Shown here in pieces: positions 51,318-61,747 of a stretch of 64,000 bases of DNA; within the stretch, counting starts at the first letter, position 1, and the number at the start of each line of letters is the position of its first letter. This DNA is from Carpediemonas membranifera BICM (lineage: Eukaryota; Protista; Fornicata). The translations under genes and the position numbers were made by a program. Location of the stretch: assembly GCA_019828565.1 (NCBI GenBank), contig JAHDYR010000005.1:583200-647199 (forward strand), read 5' to 3'. The notes beneath the pieces are model-generated. The model ran no database searches, had not been told where the DNA came from, and saw only the letters and a program-made list of their open reading frames with translations.

Positions 51318-52721
51318 CTACCCGACACGCTCCAGCTCGGCCTGCTCAAGCTCCAGGTCCGCGAGGCTGGCCGACAGCGACTCGAGCTCCGTGTCAATCG
51401 CGGCCACACGACTGAACTGCATGCGCCGGTCCGCGTGGCTGGGCGTGCACTCGCGCATCTCCTCCTCCTCGAGCTGGCGGCGCCGCTCGTCCATGGCCTG
51501 GTCGAGAGCCTCGACCCTATCCTGCGCGTCCTGGTACAGCGCCGCGAACACCCGGCCCTGGGCTGGGGATCCTGGGGCGTCGGCTGGCACCTCCTTGCGG
51601 CGGCCAGCGAGAGCCCTGCTGCGCTTGTTGATGGCCGGGGAGAAGCAGCATTCGGCGACCTCGCCGTCCTCGCGGGCCGCCGCCAGTGCCGCCACGCGGT
51701 CGTCGGCCTGTTTGCGGTAGGCCAGCCTGTCGACCGTCTGGCGGATCTCGCTGGCCGGGATCTTGCGGGTGGGCGTCTGGGGCTGGGGCTCAGCCTTGGG
51801 CCTCGTCTGGGACAACCGGGACCAGACCTCGGGGCTGAGAACCCGCTTGGGGCTGGGGGCGAACGTGTAGGCGTCCCCGCTGTCCCTGAGCGACGGCGTC
51901 CGGGCCAGTGCTTGTGCGACACGCTGCTTCTCCCTCTGGACAGCCGCCTGGTGGTACAACGACTCGAACGTCATGTCGTGGTCCTCTGTCGGCCGTGTCT
52001 GAGTCATCCTCGCGTACTCCCGGGCCCGCTCCTGCTCGGCCACAAACGCCGCGTGTTGGCGGCGGATGCTGTCGTTATAGAGGCGTGTCGACGCCCCCTC
52101 GGTGAACTTCAGCCGCCGGGCCCGCGCGGTGATGTCTGGTGTGCCCGAGAACTCGTGCTGCTGGCTGGGGCTGAAGTTCCTCTGGAGCTGGTTCTCGACG
52201 CTGGCCTGGTAGCGGTCTGCTGACGACGGGGGGGCGTAGGGCGCCCGGCTGATGAGCTTCTCGGACCTGCTGTTGATCTTGGGGCTGAACGTGAGCTCTG
52301 CGGCGTTCTCCTCGTCCTGTCGGGCTCGGCGTGCGGTGAGGCGCTTCGCCGACATATCCGACCATTGCTCCTGGTACTCCACGAACGACTTCCCGCCGCG
52401 GTCTGCTATCTTCGCGGACTTGGGCGTGATCTTCGGCTGGAATGTGAGCTCAGCCTGGGCCTCCTCGTCGCGACGGGCCCGCTTTGCCTTGAGCTTGTTC
52501 TCGGAAATCTCGGACCATTGCTGCTGGTATTCTATGAACGATTTCCCTCCTCTGTCCGCTAGTTTCGCTGACTTCGGTGTGATCTGTGGCTTGAACGTTG
52601 CTTGAGCCTCCTCTTCAGCTGCCTGACGCTCTCGGATCGCCTGCAGCTTCTTTTCCCGCCGTTCTGTCCATAATCTGTTCAATTCGTATATGTTCTCCGG
52701 TCTCCCGCTGCTTTCGGCCAT
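51318..52721 (-). CDS. Coiled-coil protein with repeated (E/A)LTF.PKI motifs, probably cytoskeletal
   Basis: Tandem ~47-aa repeats (TFKPQITPKSAKLADRGGKSF / TFQPKITPKSAKIADRGGKSF / TFSPKINSRS) and later F.P.I motifs. Confidence 0.75.
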   Translation of the reverse strand: MAESSGRPENIYELNRLWTERREKKLQAIRERQAAEEEAQATFKPQITPKSAKLADRGGKSFIEYQQQWSEISENKLKAKRARRDEEAQAELTFQPKITPKSAKIADRGGKSFVEYQEQWSDMSAKRLTARRARQDEENAAELTFSPKINSRSEKLISRAPYAPPSSADRYQASVENQLQRNFSPSQQHEFSGTPDITARARRLKFTEGASTRLYNDSIRRQHAAFVAEQERAREYARMTQTRPTEDHDMTFESLYHQAAVQREKQRVAQALARTPSLRDSGDAYTFAPSPKRVLSPEVWSRLSQTRPKAEPQPQTPTRKIPASEIRQTVDRLAYRKQADDRVAALAAAREDGEVAECCFSPAINKRSRALAGRRKEVPADAPGSPAQGRVFAALYQDAQDRVEALDQAMDERRRQLEEEEMRECTPSHADRRMQFSRVAAIDTELESLSASLADLELEQAELERVG

Positions 52722-52847
52722 CTCCGACAGAATTGCCGCTGATCGGCTTGGAGAAATTTCTTCGACCCACATACCTCGAATTTCACAGTCGATTTCAGCC
52801 GATACGACGCATCTAAGCAACTTATTTAGTGTACAGTCTGCACCATA

Positions 52848-54695
52848 TCACAGCAGACCCTGGTCGTAAACGGGCGCCGAGATCCCGCCGTCGTCTGCCA
52901 TGGGCTGGACGTGGGTCTGCTCGTTCGGGTCGGGCTCCTGCAGCCGCCCGATGTGCTCCCCGACGGCTCGGCCGCCCCGGGACTGGGCCTCGTCCACGGC
53001 TATGGCCAGCAGCCATGCCGCGCGAGGCTCAACCTCGTCGCGGAGATCCTCGCTCCCGATGAGCTTGCGGCAGAAGGCCGTGATCTCGCTGGGGGCGGGC
53101 TTGCGGGTGGTGAGGTCCAGCAGGGTGTCCTGGAGCTGCAGCCGGGTCCGGCGCACGTCTGGGGGCAGCCCGTCGAGGGCCCCCGAGTCCGGATCTTGGG
53201 TCACTGCAGACACGATCGCCGCAGACAGGCGCCGGATGTCTGTCAGGATGGTCTCGTGCAACTGGCGGACGTCCATGTCGTCCAGCCCGGCGTCCTGGGC
53301 AGGTGCGACCAGGATCCCGCAGTACCGCACCGCAAGTACGTCGAGCTCGTTGCGGATGTCCTCAAACAGGTTCGCAAGCTGGGTCAGCTCGTGCTGCCCG
53401 AGCCGGTCGGGCGAGTTCCGCTCTTCTCGGCGGGCCCGTTGCTCGTCCCGGACGCGGCGCTGCTCCCGCTCGCTCGGCCTTCGCTCTGGCTCCCGCTGGG
53501 GCTCCGTGAAGGACACCGCTGTCGGCCGGGGTGAGGCGGTTGACCGGGGCGACCCCGCTGACCGGGGGGACGACAGGGCCGAGTGCGGGGGGGAGACGGC
53601 CTCGGGCTGGGGCGGGGCGGCGTCGATGGACTGGCCAGACGACTCCGACGAGTAGAGCTCCACGGCCACGGCCAGGAACACAGAGAGCGGGACCCCGTCG
53701 GCTGCCGACAGGCGGCCCCTGAGCATCCGCAGGAAGAACACCACGAGCGGCTCGGACCCGAACACCTTGCGGGCAATCAGCGCGATCGTCTTGGGCGGCA
53801 CAGTCGGCTCGGGCGAGGCAGCTCCCACCGTCCGGGGCCGCACGAGTGAGGCGGCGCGGTCCCGGGGCGCCATGGTGCGGGGCGCCTTGGCGAGGTGCTT
53901 CGTGGCGACGTTACGGGCGAAGAGGAAGAAGAGAAGGTCGTCAGTGGACAGCTTGCCGCACAGGAACGAGACAAATGTCGAGGCGAACAGTGACGACGCC
54001 CTCAGGGAGTGTAGTGCCAGGAGCAGCTCCCAGCAGTGCCGCTCGACCAGCGTCCGCAGACCGTACTGCTTCGTGAAACAGTGGATGACGAAGTTGGGCA
54101 CGCGTCTGATGCTCTCCTTCATGGACAGGGCCATGTGGTCGTCCGCCGTGGCGTCCCCGTCGGCGATGGTCTGCTCGAGTTCCATCTGCGCCATGTCATG
54201 CTCGTACCGCATGTCGTAGATCCCGTTCACCATCTTGTACAGCCAGGCCAGGTTGTGCCGTGTGATGTCCCGCGGCCGCGTCCTCAGCTGCGACACGAGC
54301 GAGCTGTACGTCTCCTCGATCTCCGCCATGTCCACGCGCCCGAACCCTCGCGTCGGGCGGTTGTGTGGCCGTGCTCTGGGACCGGCGGACTTTGCCCGGG
54401 ACGAGCCCCAGCGCTGGGACTGGGGGCGCTGGCGGGACGTCGAAGATGACCTCCCGCTCGAACGGCTCGACGCTCTCGGTATGGATGTCCCGGGGCGATC
54501 CATTGGCGATTTCCGGCTCACAGGGCCAGGCTTACTTGCTTTGTTGCGCTGAACTACGATCTTTGCTACATATTCATCAGTTTGCTCGTCATACCGAAAA
54601 GAGACGTTGCGCTTTGCAATAAAGTTGTAATAGAACTCTTTCTTGGCATCTGTAAGCTCCGAAAAGACTACCAAGCGGTGGTTTTCTGCCGCCAT
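52848..54695 (-). CDS. Hypothetical protein
   Basis: 615-codon ORF with host codon bias and an ordered core (FTKQYGLRTLV...DDLLFFLFAR). Confidence 0.75.
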   Translation of the reverse strand: MAAENHRLVVFSELTDAKKEFYYNFIAKRNVSFRYDEQTDEYVAKIVVQRNKASKPGPVSRKSPMDRPGTSIPRASSRSSGRSSSTSRQRPQSQRWGSSRAKSAGPRARPHNRPTRGFGRVDMAEIEETYSSLVSQLRTRPRDITRHNLAWLYKMVNGIYDMRYEHDMAQMELEQTIADGDATADDHMALSMKESIRRVPNFVIHCFTKQYGLRTLVERHCWELLLALHSLRASSLFASTFVSFLCGKLSTDDLLFFLFARNVATKHLAKAPRTMAPRDRAASLVRPRTVGAASPEPTVPPKTIALIARKVFGSEPLVVFFLRMLRGRLSAADGVPLSVFLAVAVELYSSESSGQSIDAAPPQPEAVSPPHSALSSPRSAGSPRSTASPRPTAVSFTEPQREPERRPSEREQRRVRDEQRARREERNSPDRLGQHELTQLANLFEDIRNELDVLAVRYCGILVAPAQDAGLDDMDVRQLHETILTDIRRLSAAIVSAVTQDPDSGALDGLPPDVRRTRLQLQDTLLDLTTRKPAPSEITAFCRKLIGSEDLRDEVEPRAAWLLAIAVDEAQSRGGRAVGEHIGRLQEPDPNEQTHVQPMADDGGISAPVYDQGLL

Positions 54696-54992
54696 CGAGC
54701 CTTATCTGCTCAAGTTGTTCTCTGCCGACTTGGAAAATTTCGCCCAGCCACACACTCACGCCGCCCGACAAGTACTGCCATTGTACACAGGAGGTGACTC
54801 CAATCACATCTTTGGGCATCATAAGCCGTTCTCTGAAATTCTTGAGCCGATAATGATGAACAGGGTTGAAAATGCCTGCCATGCCCTGAATGAGCGCCTT
54901 ATGGGTCAGCAGAACATGTATTGGCTCTGAAACGGGGATCAGCGGACAACTAGAATTTCCCAAATTTCCCCACCAACCAGCAATCCCCTGAA

Positions 54993-55737
54993 ATGGCAAA
55001 CCACGCACACCACACATACTCGCAGGTCGGAGACATCCTTGTACCGAGCAAAGGCATCCGTGACGACATGGTCAGGTTCGTTAGCCCCGTGCATCTCACC
55101 CAGGCAAGGGCTACAGCCCCGGGACCACTCAAAGGACAACAAGGAGCGGCTGGCGAAGATAGCCGCGGAACGGGAACAAAAAGCGAAGAAGGCAGCGGAG
55201 GAGAAAGAGCGGAAGAAGCTGCATCAGCCCGGCGCCATCCCATCATACATGAAGCAGCGGACCCGGACGATTGAGATGGAGAAGAGCACCAACACGGCAA
55301 ACATCAAGTCCCCGGGTGTCACTGGCGGTATCACGGGCCGCGGAGCGAGGCCGCTGTCGTCATCCGTGAAGAAGCCCGCGCCCAAGGACGCCGTCCAGCG
55401 GAAGCTGCAGCCCCACCACGAGGCGGGGTCTGTCCCGGTCTACCTCAAGCGCAGGGTAAAGGCGGCGGAGGAGGCACGGCAGAAGGCGGCGGAGGAGGAG
55501 GCGGCGCGGCAGGATTGCCCTGAGGGCATGGTGCTGGTGCCTGAGGCCCAGCGCTTGGAGCTCCTGGAGATCATGACCAAGCAGAAGGAGGAGCTGGAGA
55601 AGGAGCTCGGGCGGCTGCCGATGAACTGCGACACGGAGTCTCTCCGCCGCAGGAAGGGTGAGATCGAGAAGAAGCTGACCGGTCTTGACAGGGACATCAG
55701 TCAGATGTCCCGGACCAAGGTGTACATCAAGGTGTAG
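54993..55737 (+). CDS. Enkurin-domain (calmodulin-binding) protein, ENKD1-like; 28-nt intron (55076-55103)
   Basis: Splicing gives DDMVR|QGLQPRDHSKDN; GSVPVYL, CPEGMVLVPEAQRLE.L, RRKGEIEKKL, SRTKVYI. Confidence 0.8.
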
Positions 55738-55816
55738 GCGCGGTGTTGCACGCTGCGCCAATAAAGACCAACATAACTGGTAGTGGAAGATGGGAACGAA
55801 ATTCCGTGGCGTGTGA

Positions 55817-57409
55817 ATGGTGCTGGGCCTATCGCTCCTGCTGTGCGCACTATTAGTAGCGCACACATCAGCTTTTGACGGCTCTGTCGTTCTCACCAAC
55901 AGCAGCTTCATCGTCTCGCTCAATCCAGTCGCTCTCGGGTCATCACTCGCCATAGACCTCTCACAGCTGACGCTGAGTAATGGCAGAACCTTTATCTCCA
56001 ACACTATTACCTCTATGACCCTGACAGTGCCCGCCGACGCCGTCGCCGTGCCCCTGTCCGAGCCCGTCCCCCTCTACCCCCTCACACTCATCCCAGAGAC
56101 AGTGCCGTGCGACGGCACTGAGACCTGTCTGGGAAGTACTGCGTGCACGCGCTATTCCGTGATGAAGGGTGCCCCCATCGAGGCGTATGTTCCCGAGGGC
56201 GCCGCAGTCAGTTTCGCGGCCTCCGCGCCCGATGCTGTCGAAGCCGTCACCGCATCCCCAGCGTCAGCGCCATGGGCAGACTCCATGGTGGCCGCGGACG
56301 GCGCACGCGTGGCCCTGGTCCCGCTGTCCACGGTGGGCCCCGGTCCCGGTCAACTCGGGATGTCCAACAGCACGCTGCGGGATGGGATCGACTGCGAAGA
56401 CCCTGCAGCCATCATGGACATGCACGTGGACCTGAGTAGCCCCCTGTCCGGCCTGGCCACTGTCTCTGGGGCCATCTCCGCAGGCACACTCACACCGACC
56501 GGCGTCCTAGTGTCCTTTGAGATCATCGTATCGTCAGCCGCATACGAAGAGGCGGACGCACTCTTCACCACTGTCGACGGCTTTAGAGTGGCTCCCTCGC
56601 TGCTGACGTCCGCAGCCCGCCCCGTCCTGGCGCTGGCGATTGCCGACGAGCACGCCAGCTTCAACACGACTCTCACAGCTGCAGCGACTACAGCCTGCAC
56701 GGTGGGGGCATTACAGCTGACTGGGACTCTCCTGTCCGAGCGGCAGCACGCACTGTACCCCTCTTCGTTCGCGGAGGTGTATTACAGTCTGCCCGCCGTG
56801 GCCCCCGGGACACTAAGGTGCACAGTCGCTGTCGAGTCGAACAGTGAGTCCGGGGCCCGCGTGCTGCCGGTGGAGTGGGCAGTGGGGCCGGTGGAGTCCG
56901 CAGACTGTCTCCGGCTCGGGAAGGCCCAGCTCGCCGACCTCAGCGGATGCGGACTGCGCCTCCCCTTCGACCCGATGCCAGTGGAGTGCGGGTCCCTCTG
57001 CCTGAGCTACACCGGTCTCGCGCCCGTGTGCGGCTGCTGCGGCAACAGCACGGGGTCGCACGTCAACCTCATGACAAACCAGCCCGTCGACTGCGGCGGC
57101 GGGGTCTCCTCCTCGACCGACTTGTCATCCCTGCCCGTGCTGGAGCTGGCGAAGGCGACGTACCGGGAGAACACGGGGGTGTTCTGGACCCTGTTCGGCG
57201 TGTTCGACCTCGTCATCCTCGTCTCGATGGTCGTCCTCACCCTCTGTGTCGGCAGCATCGCGTCTGTGGTGTTCCGCAGCAAGGAGCAGGACGAGTTCGA
57301 CTCCGTCCTGCGACATATCGCCGCCATCGACGCCAACCGCGGACTGGGCAAGACCCAGCACCGCATGACCCCCGCGGAGGCCTTCATCCTCGCCGACCCA
57401 GGCCTGTGA
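55817..57409 (+). CDS. Predicted type I membrane/surface protein (signal peptide, Cys-rich stalk, C-terminal TM)
   Basis: N-terminal hydrophobic leader, Cys cluster, hydrophobic helix near the C-terminus. Confidence 0.7.
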   Translation: MVLGLSLLLCALLVAHTSAFDGSVVLTNSSFIVSLNPVALGSSLAIDLSQLTLSNGRTFISNTITSMTLTVPADAVAVPLSEPVPLYPLTLIPETVPCDGTETCLGSTACTRYSVMKGAPIEAYVPEGAAVSFAASAPDAVEAVTASPASAPWADSMVAADGARVALVPLSTVGPGPGQLGMSNSTLRDGIDCEDPAAIMDMHVDLSSPLSGLATVSGAISAGTLTPTGVLVSFEIIVSSAAYEEADALFTTVDGFRVAPSLLTSAARPVLALAIADEHASFNTTLTAAATTACTVGALQLTGTLLSERQHALYPSSFAEVYYSLPAVAPGTLRCTVAVESNSESGARVLPVEWAVGPVESADCLRLGKAQLADLSGCGLRLPFDPMPVECGSLCLSYTGLAPVCGCCGNSTGSHVNLMTNQPVDCGGGVSSSTDLSSLPVLELAKATYRENTGVFWTLFGVFDLVILVSMVVLTLCVGSIASVVFRSKEQDEFDSVLRHIAAIDANRGLGKTQHRMTPAEAFILADPGL

Positions 57410-57655
57410 CCGCTCTTGTGTATAAAACTCGCTCTTCCCATGGTGTCTGGGATTTGATCCAATCAAAATATTTCGTCTTCCTGGATAGCGTTCCAGCGCC
57501 TCCGGTCGGCGGCAAACGGGGCAGGTATAAAGCCAAACCCTCTTGGAGAGACCACGTGCTTGAGCGGCGGATAATGTGTAGCTCCTGATAGGGCGAGATC
57601 GGAGTCGCTTTTGAGTCACAATCATTGGAAACCTCTATCTTCTAGTCTCCTGGCG

Positions 57656-59242
57656 ATGAAAGAGACTGAATCCTTGCCGCCAATACCACCTACCAAACCT
57701 GTATCGTGGCCTGGATATCGTCTTTACGCTGCATGCTGCCAACAGCTGAACTTAACTCCGATTGACGCGCTGATGCGTTCCAAACGCCTTCAAACACCAG
57801 CTGACTCTATAACCAGTTTCGATTTTTCTCACCGAGAACTCTCTGTTGACGATTGCAGGGGCATTGTATCTTTTCTCGGATCTCTCAACAACTTAACTCA
57901 TCTCGCACTCAACCAGATTCCCTTCAACCCCAAGAGCTTCAAGCTCATCATTGACTTCATAGCCCGCTCCCACATCGACAACCTGGAGTTCTTCGGGCTC
58001 CATCCCCCTACGGAGCACATCCCCATGATCCTGCGCGTTCTCGAGTGCCCCACGCTCGAGCGGCTCAAGTTGGGCGACAACTCCTTCAGCTCGGAGACGC
58101 TTGTCAATATAGCCCAGGCTGTGGTCGATTCCCCGGCCCAGATCGTCCAGCTGCACCTGGGGGGCAACCTCCTCGGCAGCGGCGACAGAGAGGCGGTTGA
58201 GGACTTCATGAACACCGTCTCGGGCTACAGGCCGCTCATCTCCATCGGCCTGCGGTCCTGTGGGCTGACCGGCGAGCACGTTCCCGCTCTGGTGGCCCTG
58301 CTGCGGCACCCGGCCTGCGAGATCACCGACCTCCAGCTGAAGAACAACCCGCTGGGCGAGGCGGGCGGCAGCATAGCCGACTCCTTCTACCACAACGACA
58401 CCCTGCGCGTGCTGGAACTGCAGTCGACGTTGCTGAACGCCACAGCGGTCTCCCGCATCGCCCAGGCCCTGCCGAACCTGCCCTCGCTCCGGGCCATCAA
58501 CCTCAACAACAACCCCATCGGGGACGCCGGGGCCCAGGCGCTGGCGGACTCCCTCGCGGTGCACTGCTCCATCAGCACGCTCGGGTTGTCGGGCATCCGC
58601 TGCACCGCCCTCGGTGCCCGCTACATCGGCAGCGCCCTGCGGGACAACCCCGTCGTGACCGGGCTCGACCTCTCTCACAACGCCCTTGGAGACCAGGGTG
58701 CTGCTGACATCGCTGCCGTGATCCACAGCTCATCCGTCGTCGAGTCCGTCGACCTCTCCAACAACGGCATCGGCGTCCGGGGCGGCGTCATCCTCGCCAA
58801 GGCCGTCGCGTCGTCAGGCACCGTGCGCCACATCGACCTCGGCCGGAACCACCTCACTGATACGGCCGCGGCGGAGTGGGGTGCGGCCCTGGCGGCCAAC
58901 ACGGTGCTGCAGCGCCTGTGTCTCACCGACAATCAGCTGACCGACCGCGGGGCCGAGGCGCTGTACGTCGGTCTCCGGCAGAACCGGGTCCTCACCAACT
59001 TCAGCTACGGCGGACAGTCGACCGGCGCCAACGTCATCTCCCGCTCCTGGCGCCACGCCATCGACCGCATCGTCCGGGCCAACCGTGGCCGGGGCGGGAG
59101 CAGCCCGATGATGCCCGTGGCGCCGTCGTCGCTGGGGCACGTCCGTTACCACTCGTCGCCCGGCCTGCTCGGGGTCGAGCTGCCCCACCACACGCGCAGC
59201 TCCAGCGACGGCGTGCTCGACGTCGGCGGCTTCATTTACTGA
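57656..59242 (+). CDS. Ribonuclease-inhibitor-type leucine-rich repeat protein
   Basis: 28-aa LxxLxLxxNxIGDxGAxxLAxxL repeats. Confidence 0.85.
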   Translation: MKETESLPPIPPTKPVSWPGYRLYAACCQQLNLTPIDALMRSKRLQTPADSITSFDFSHRELSVDDCRGIVSFLGSLNNLTHLALNQIPFNPKSFKLIIDFIARSHIDNLEFFGLHPPTEHIPMILRVLECPTLERLKLGDNSFSSETLVNIAQAVVDSPAQIVQLHLGGNLLGSGDREAVEDFMNTVSGYRPLISIGLRSCGLTGEHVPALVALLRHPACEITDLQLKNNPLGEAGGSIADSFYHNDTLRVLELQSTLLNATAVSRIAQALPNLPSLRAINLNNNPIGDAGAQALADSLAVHCSISTLGLSGIRCTALGARYIGSALRDNPVVTGLDLSHNALGDQGAADIAAVIHSSSVVESVDLSNNGIGVRGGVILAKAVASSGTVRHIDLGRNHLTDTAAAEWGAALAANTVLQRLCLTDNQLTDRGAEALYVGLRQNRVLTNFSYGGQSTGANVISRSWRHAIDRIVRANRGRGGSSPMMPVAPSSLGHVRYHSSPGLLGVELPHHTRSSSDGVLDVGGFIY

Positions 59243-61157
59243 GGGTGTGTCCGGTGCAGATAAACCTGTACCGAGTAAACGCGACTGAGGCTTTCATCAT
59301 GTCATCGAGGCCCACGAGCGCTTCGCAGCAGCGGTGGCCTTCTGGGCAACGCAAGCTGGGCGTGGCTCCTGGCCCAGCTGGCATGGAACTGCTCGCGCAT
59401 CTGGCGTGTGCATTCGTGCTTCTCGCAGCGTTTGGCTGGTGCGAGCTGGTGCGCTCATGCTCGAAGCCTGCAGTCTTCTGGGCGGTGTCAGCAATAAACC
59501 AGCCTCTTGCATGTCGATGGCGAGCATCGGTGCGATCTTGTCCCGCGCTTTGGCGAATTCTGCAAAGGTAATTAATTAACTATACAGCAAGTGAACATTT
59601 CGACTCGACCTTCATATCTCGCCGAATATTTAGTGGATATCAGATGTAATTCCAGATTCTTCTTACTTACCCCCGACTACCCCCCGGAGTCATTTGTCAG
59701 ACCTGGGCTATCTCTATTCGTCGTAAAGTTCTGAGTAGCCGTTTTGGGGGGTCTGCCCGACCTCCTTGGGCGACTCACGCGACGAGGAGAGTACGCAGAG
59801 CCACGCAAATACACCACGATATGTCCCTATCCTTCAACATATCAATTCCGAGCTAACTTTTTATAATTCTTAAATCTCCGTTATTTATGACAGTCGGTAA
59901 GAGTCATACTCCGGGGTATACCCGACCAGACGACACAGAGAAGACTAGCGCAAGCCGGCTCATACACGCATGCACCAACCTATGTGGGCTTGATGGCGGG
60001 GGTTGATGGCGAAAATTAATTAACGACGGGTTGGGTGTGGGTGTCGGGAAGCTCATGGTCGGCGGCGCAGAACTCGGGACTGGGCCATGCGTTCTCTTAG
60101 CAACTGGCCACGCTTCTTAGTGGCATAGGGTGCGGTCGAGGCAGCTACTAAATTTTCGCTAAATACAAGATTTTTTGACACCAAAAAAAACCCTCTCAAA
60201 CGAATGATGGAAAGAATGTGTAGGTATAGAACGACGTAGTTTTAGATGTAGATGAAGGTTTGCTATTTCGTTTTTCGATCCGAGTTATGGCCATCGAGTA
60301 ATCGATAGTGCAATTCTGAAAAATGACGACTTTATCTGAAATGAACGTCATGATCACGAAATGCTACGTTATGATGCTGGAACGCGTTATGGTGTTGTAC
60401 TATGCTTGGTCAGATGATGCATTGTGAGTTCTGCATGGGAAGCCATAAAGTGCGATGACGAAGTGAGACGACGGTGAGTATTTATGCTGCTTTGAAGGTG
60501 AGTGACTGGTTGTGTGTGGCTGGGAGGTCCGCGGGGGGTCGCAGGGGGGCAGAGAGAGTGACGGAGGCGTAGAGAGGTGTAGCGTAGCGGAGGGCGGGAG
60601 GAGCGTAGCGACGAGCGCCCGGAGCGAAGCGAAGCCGAACGAAGCCGGAGGAGCGACCGGAGCCCCACCGAAATGATAAGGAGGCGCGATTACGTGCGGC
60701 GATTAAGGGCGGCGATTGGCTGCGTTCTATTGCTCGAGTTTTATGCTCAGTTCGACGGGCTCCGAGTCAGTTTCCTTGCGTGGCGTTGGTTTGGGGGGCT
60801 TCGTAGGTTTTAGAACAGTACAGTTTGTACATGGCTGTAAGCAGCTTTAGCTTGCTTCACCTAAAAGTGCCTGCCAAATCCCGGATCCGAGCCGGCATTT
60901 GGCAATTGACAGAAATCGACGCTCGTGCTGGGAGTGGCTCCGTTGACGTTTGTGTTGCGCTGTATAGCTTCGTAGTGCGCTCGTGCGCTTGTGAGTCGAG
61001 TTCTTGGTGATGTGTCTTAAAGCGCCTGCCAAAATGATGACTCTGAGTCTGTTGTAACGATGCGCTAATTTATTTCGACACACTGGTGTCGTCTCGGACC
61101 AAGTAGGACCAAGACGACACCCATTAAATATATAAATATTAACACGGTATTGCGACA

Positions 61158-61174
61158 CTACCCCTCCCCCCACC
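61158..61174 (-). other. Polypurine tract of the Gypsy element; putative 3' LTR begins TGTCGCAA at 61157 and runs leftward
   Basis: Minus strand GGTGGGGGGAGGGGTAG followed directly by TGT, ~570 nt after the pol stop; far LTR boundary not determinable. Confidence 0.65.
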
Positions 61175-61214
61175 GAGAGTATTAAAGCCACTTTGCAAAT
61201 TGTGTCAGAAACCC

Positions 61215-61280
61215 ATCCGATGGTCGAGGATCTTCCTTCAGGGTGGAACCGGGTTCGACCCCCGGGGTCACCATATTTTT
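61215..61280 (+). ncRNA. tRNA-like unit with perfect B-box/T-arm, ...CACCA and T5 terminator but no matching 5' acceptor strand
   Basis: CCGGG-TTCGACC-CCCGG-GGTCACCA-TATTTTT, preceded by ATCC-GATGGTCGA-GGAT. Confidence 0.4.
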
Positions 61281-61747
61281 CATTGAATGGGTCTTAACCT
61301 GCACGACCCAGCGATGAGTCGAAAAGAAGGAGGAGGCGAAGGACGGAAAAAAAATGGAAAGGGTGTACTCGATATGCCCTTGCAGCGGCCTACCTCCACC
61401 TCCTGTCTGAGGTCTGAGTACCTCGTGTGGTGGCCGAAACACGAGTCGATGGCGAAAGAGTGAACGGGGAAGATGATCGCAACGAGAGCTGAACCCGAGG
61501 GAAATGGGGAGATATATAAAGGTGATTGTACTGCTGTAGCACTAGGTTCTCACGGGCATTGGTTCCCCCGCAATGCGCAAAAATTTGGAATCAATCGACT
61601 ATCGATTAACTGGGGAGGTTTGGACCGAAATTCCCCGCAAAAGAGGTGTAACAAGCATGTGTAGAGCGATATTGGGCGGAAGAATTACTTCCTGGGGGTA
61701 ATTGAGCATAATTGGCTGCTCGCCGATTGAGTTGCCTAATACTGCGG

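Noticed and set aside
59645-61157. Exact 3' LTR boundaries (candidate TG starts at 59645 or 61050)
   Set aside because: The 5' LTR is outside the window, so neither end nor TSD can be verified
61215-61273. Functional tRNA-Sec or suppressor tRNA (TCA in the loop)
   Set aside because: No acceptor 5' strand, no long variable arm, and wrong anticodon-loop geometry
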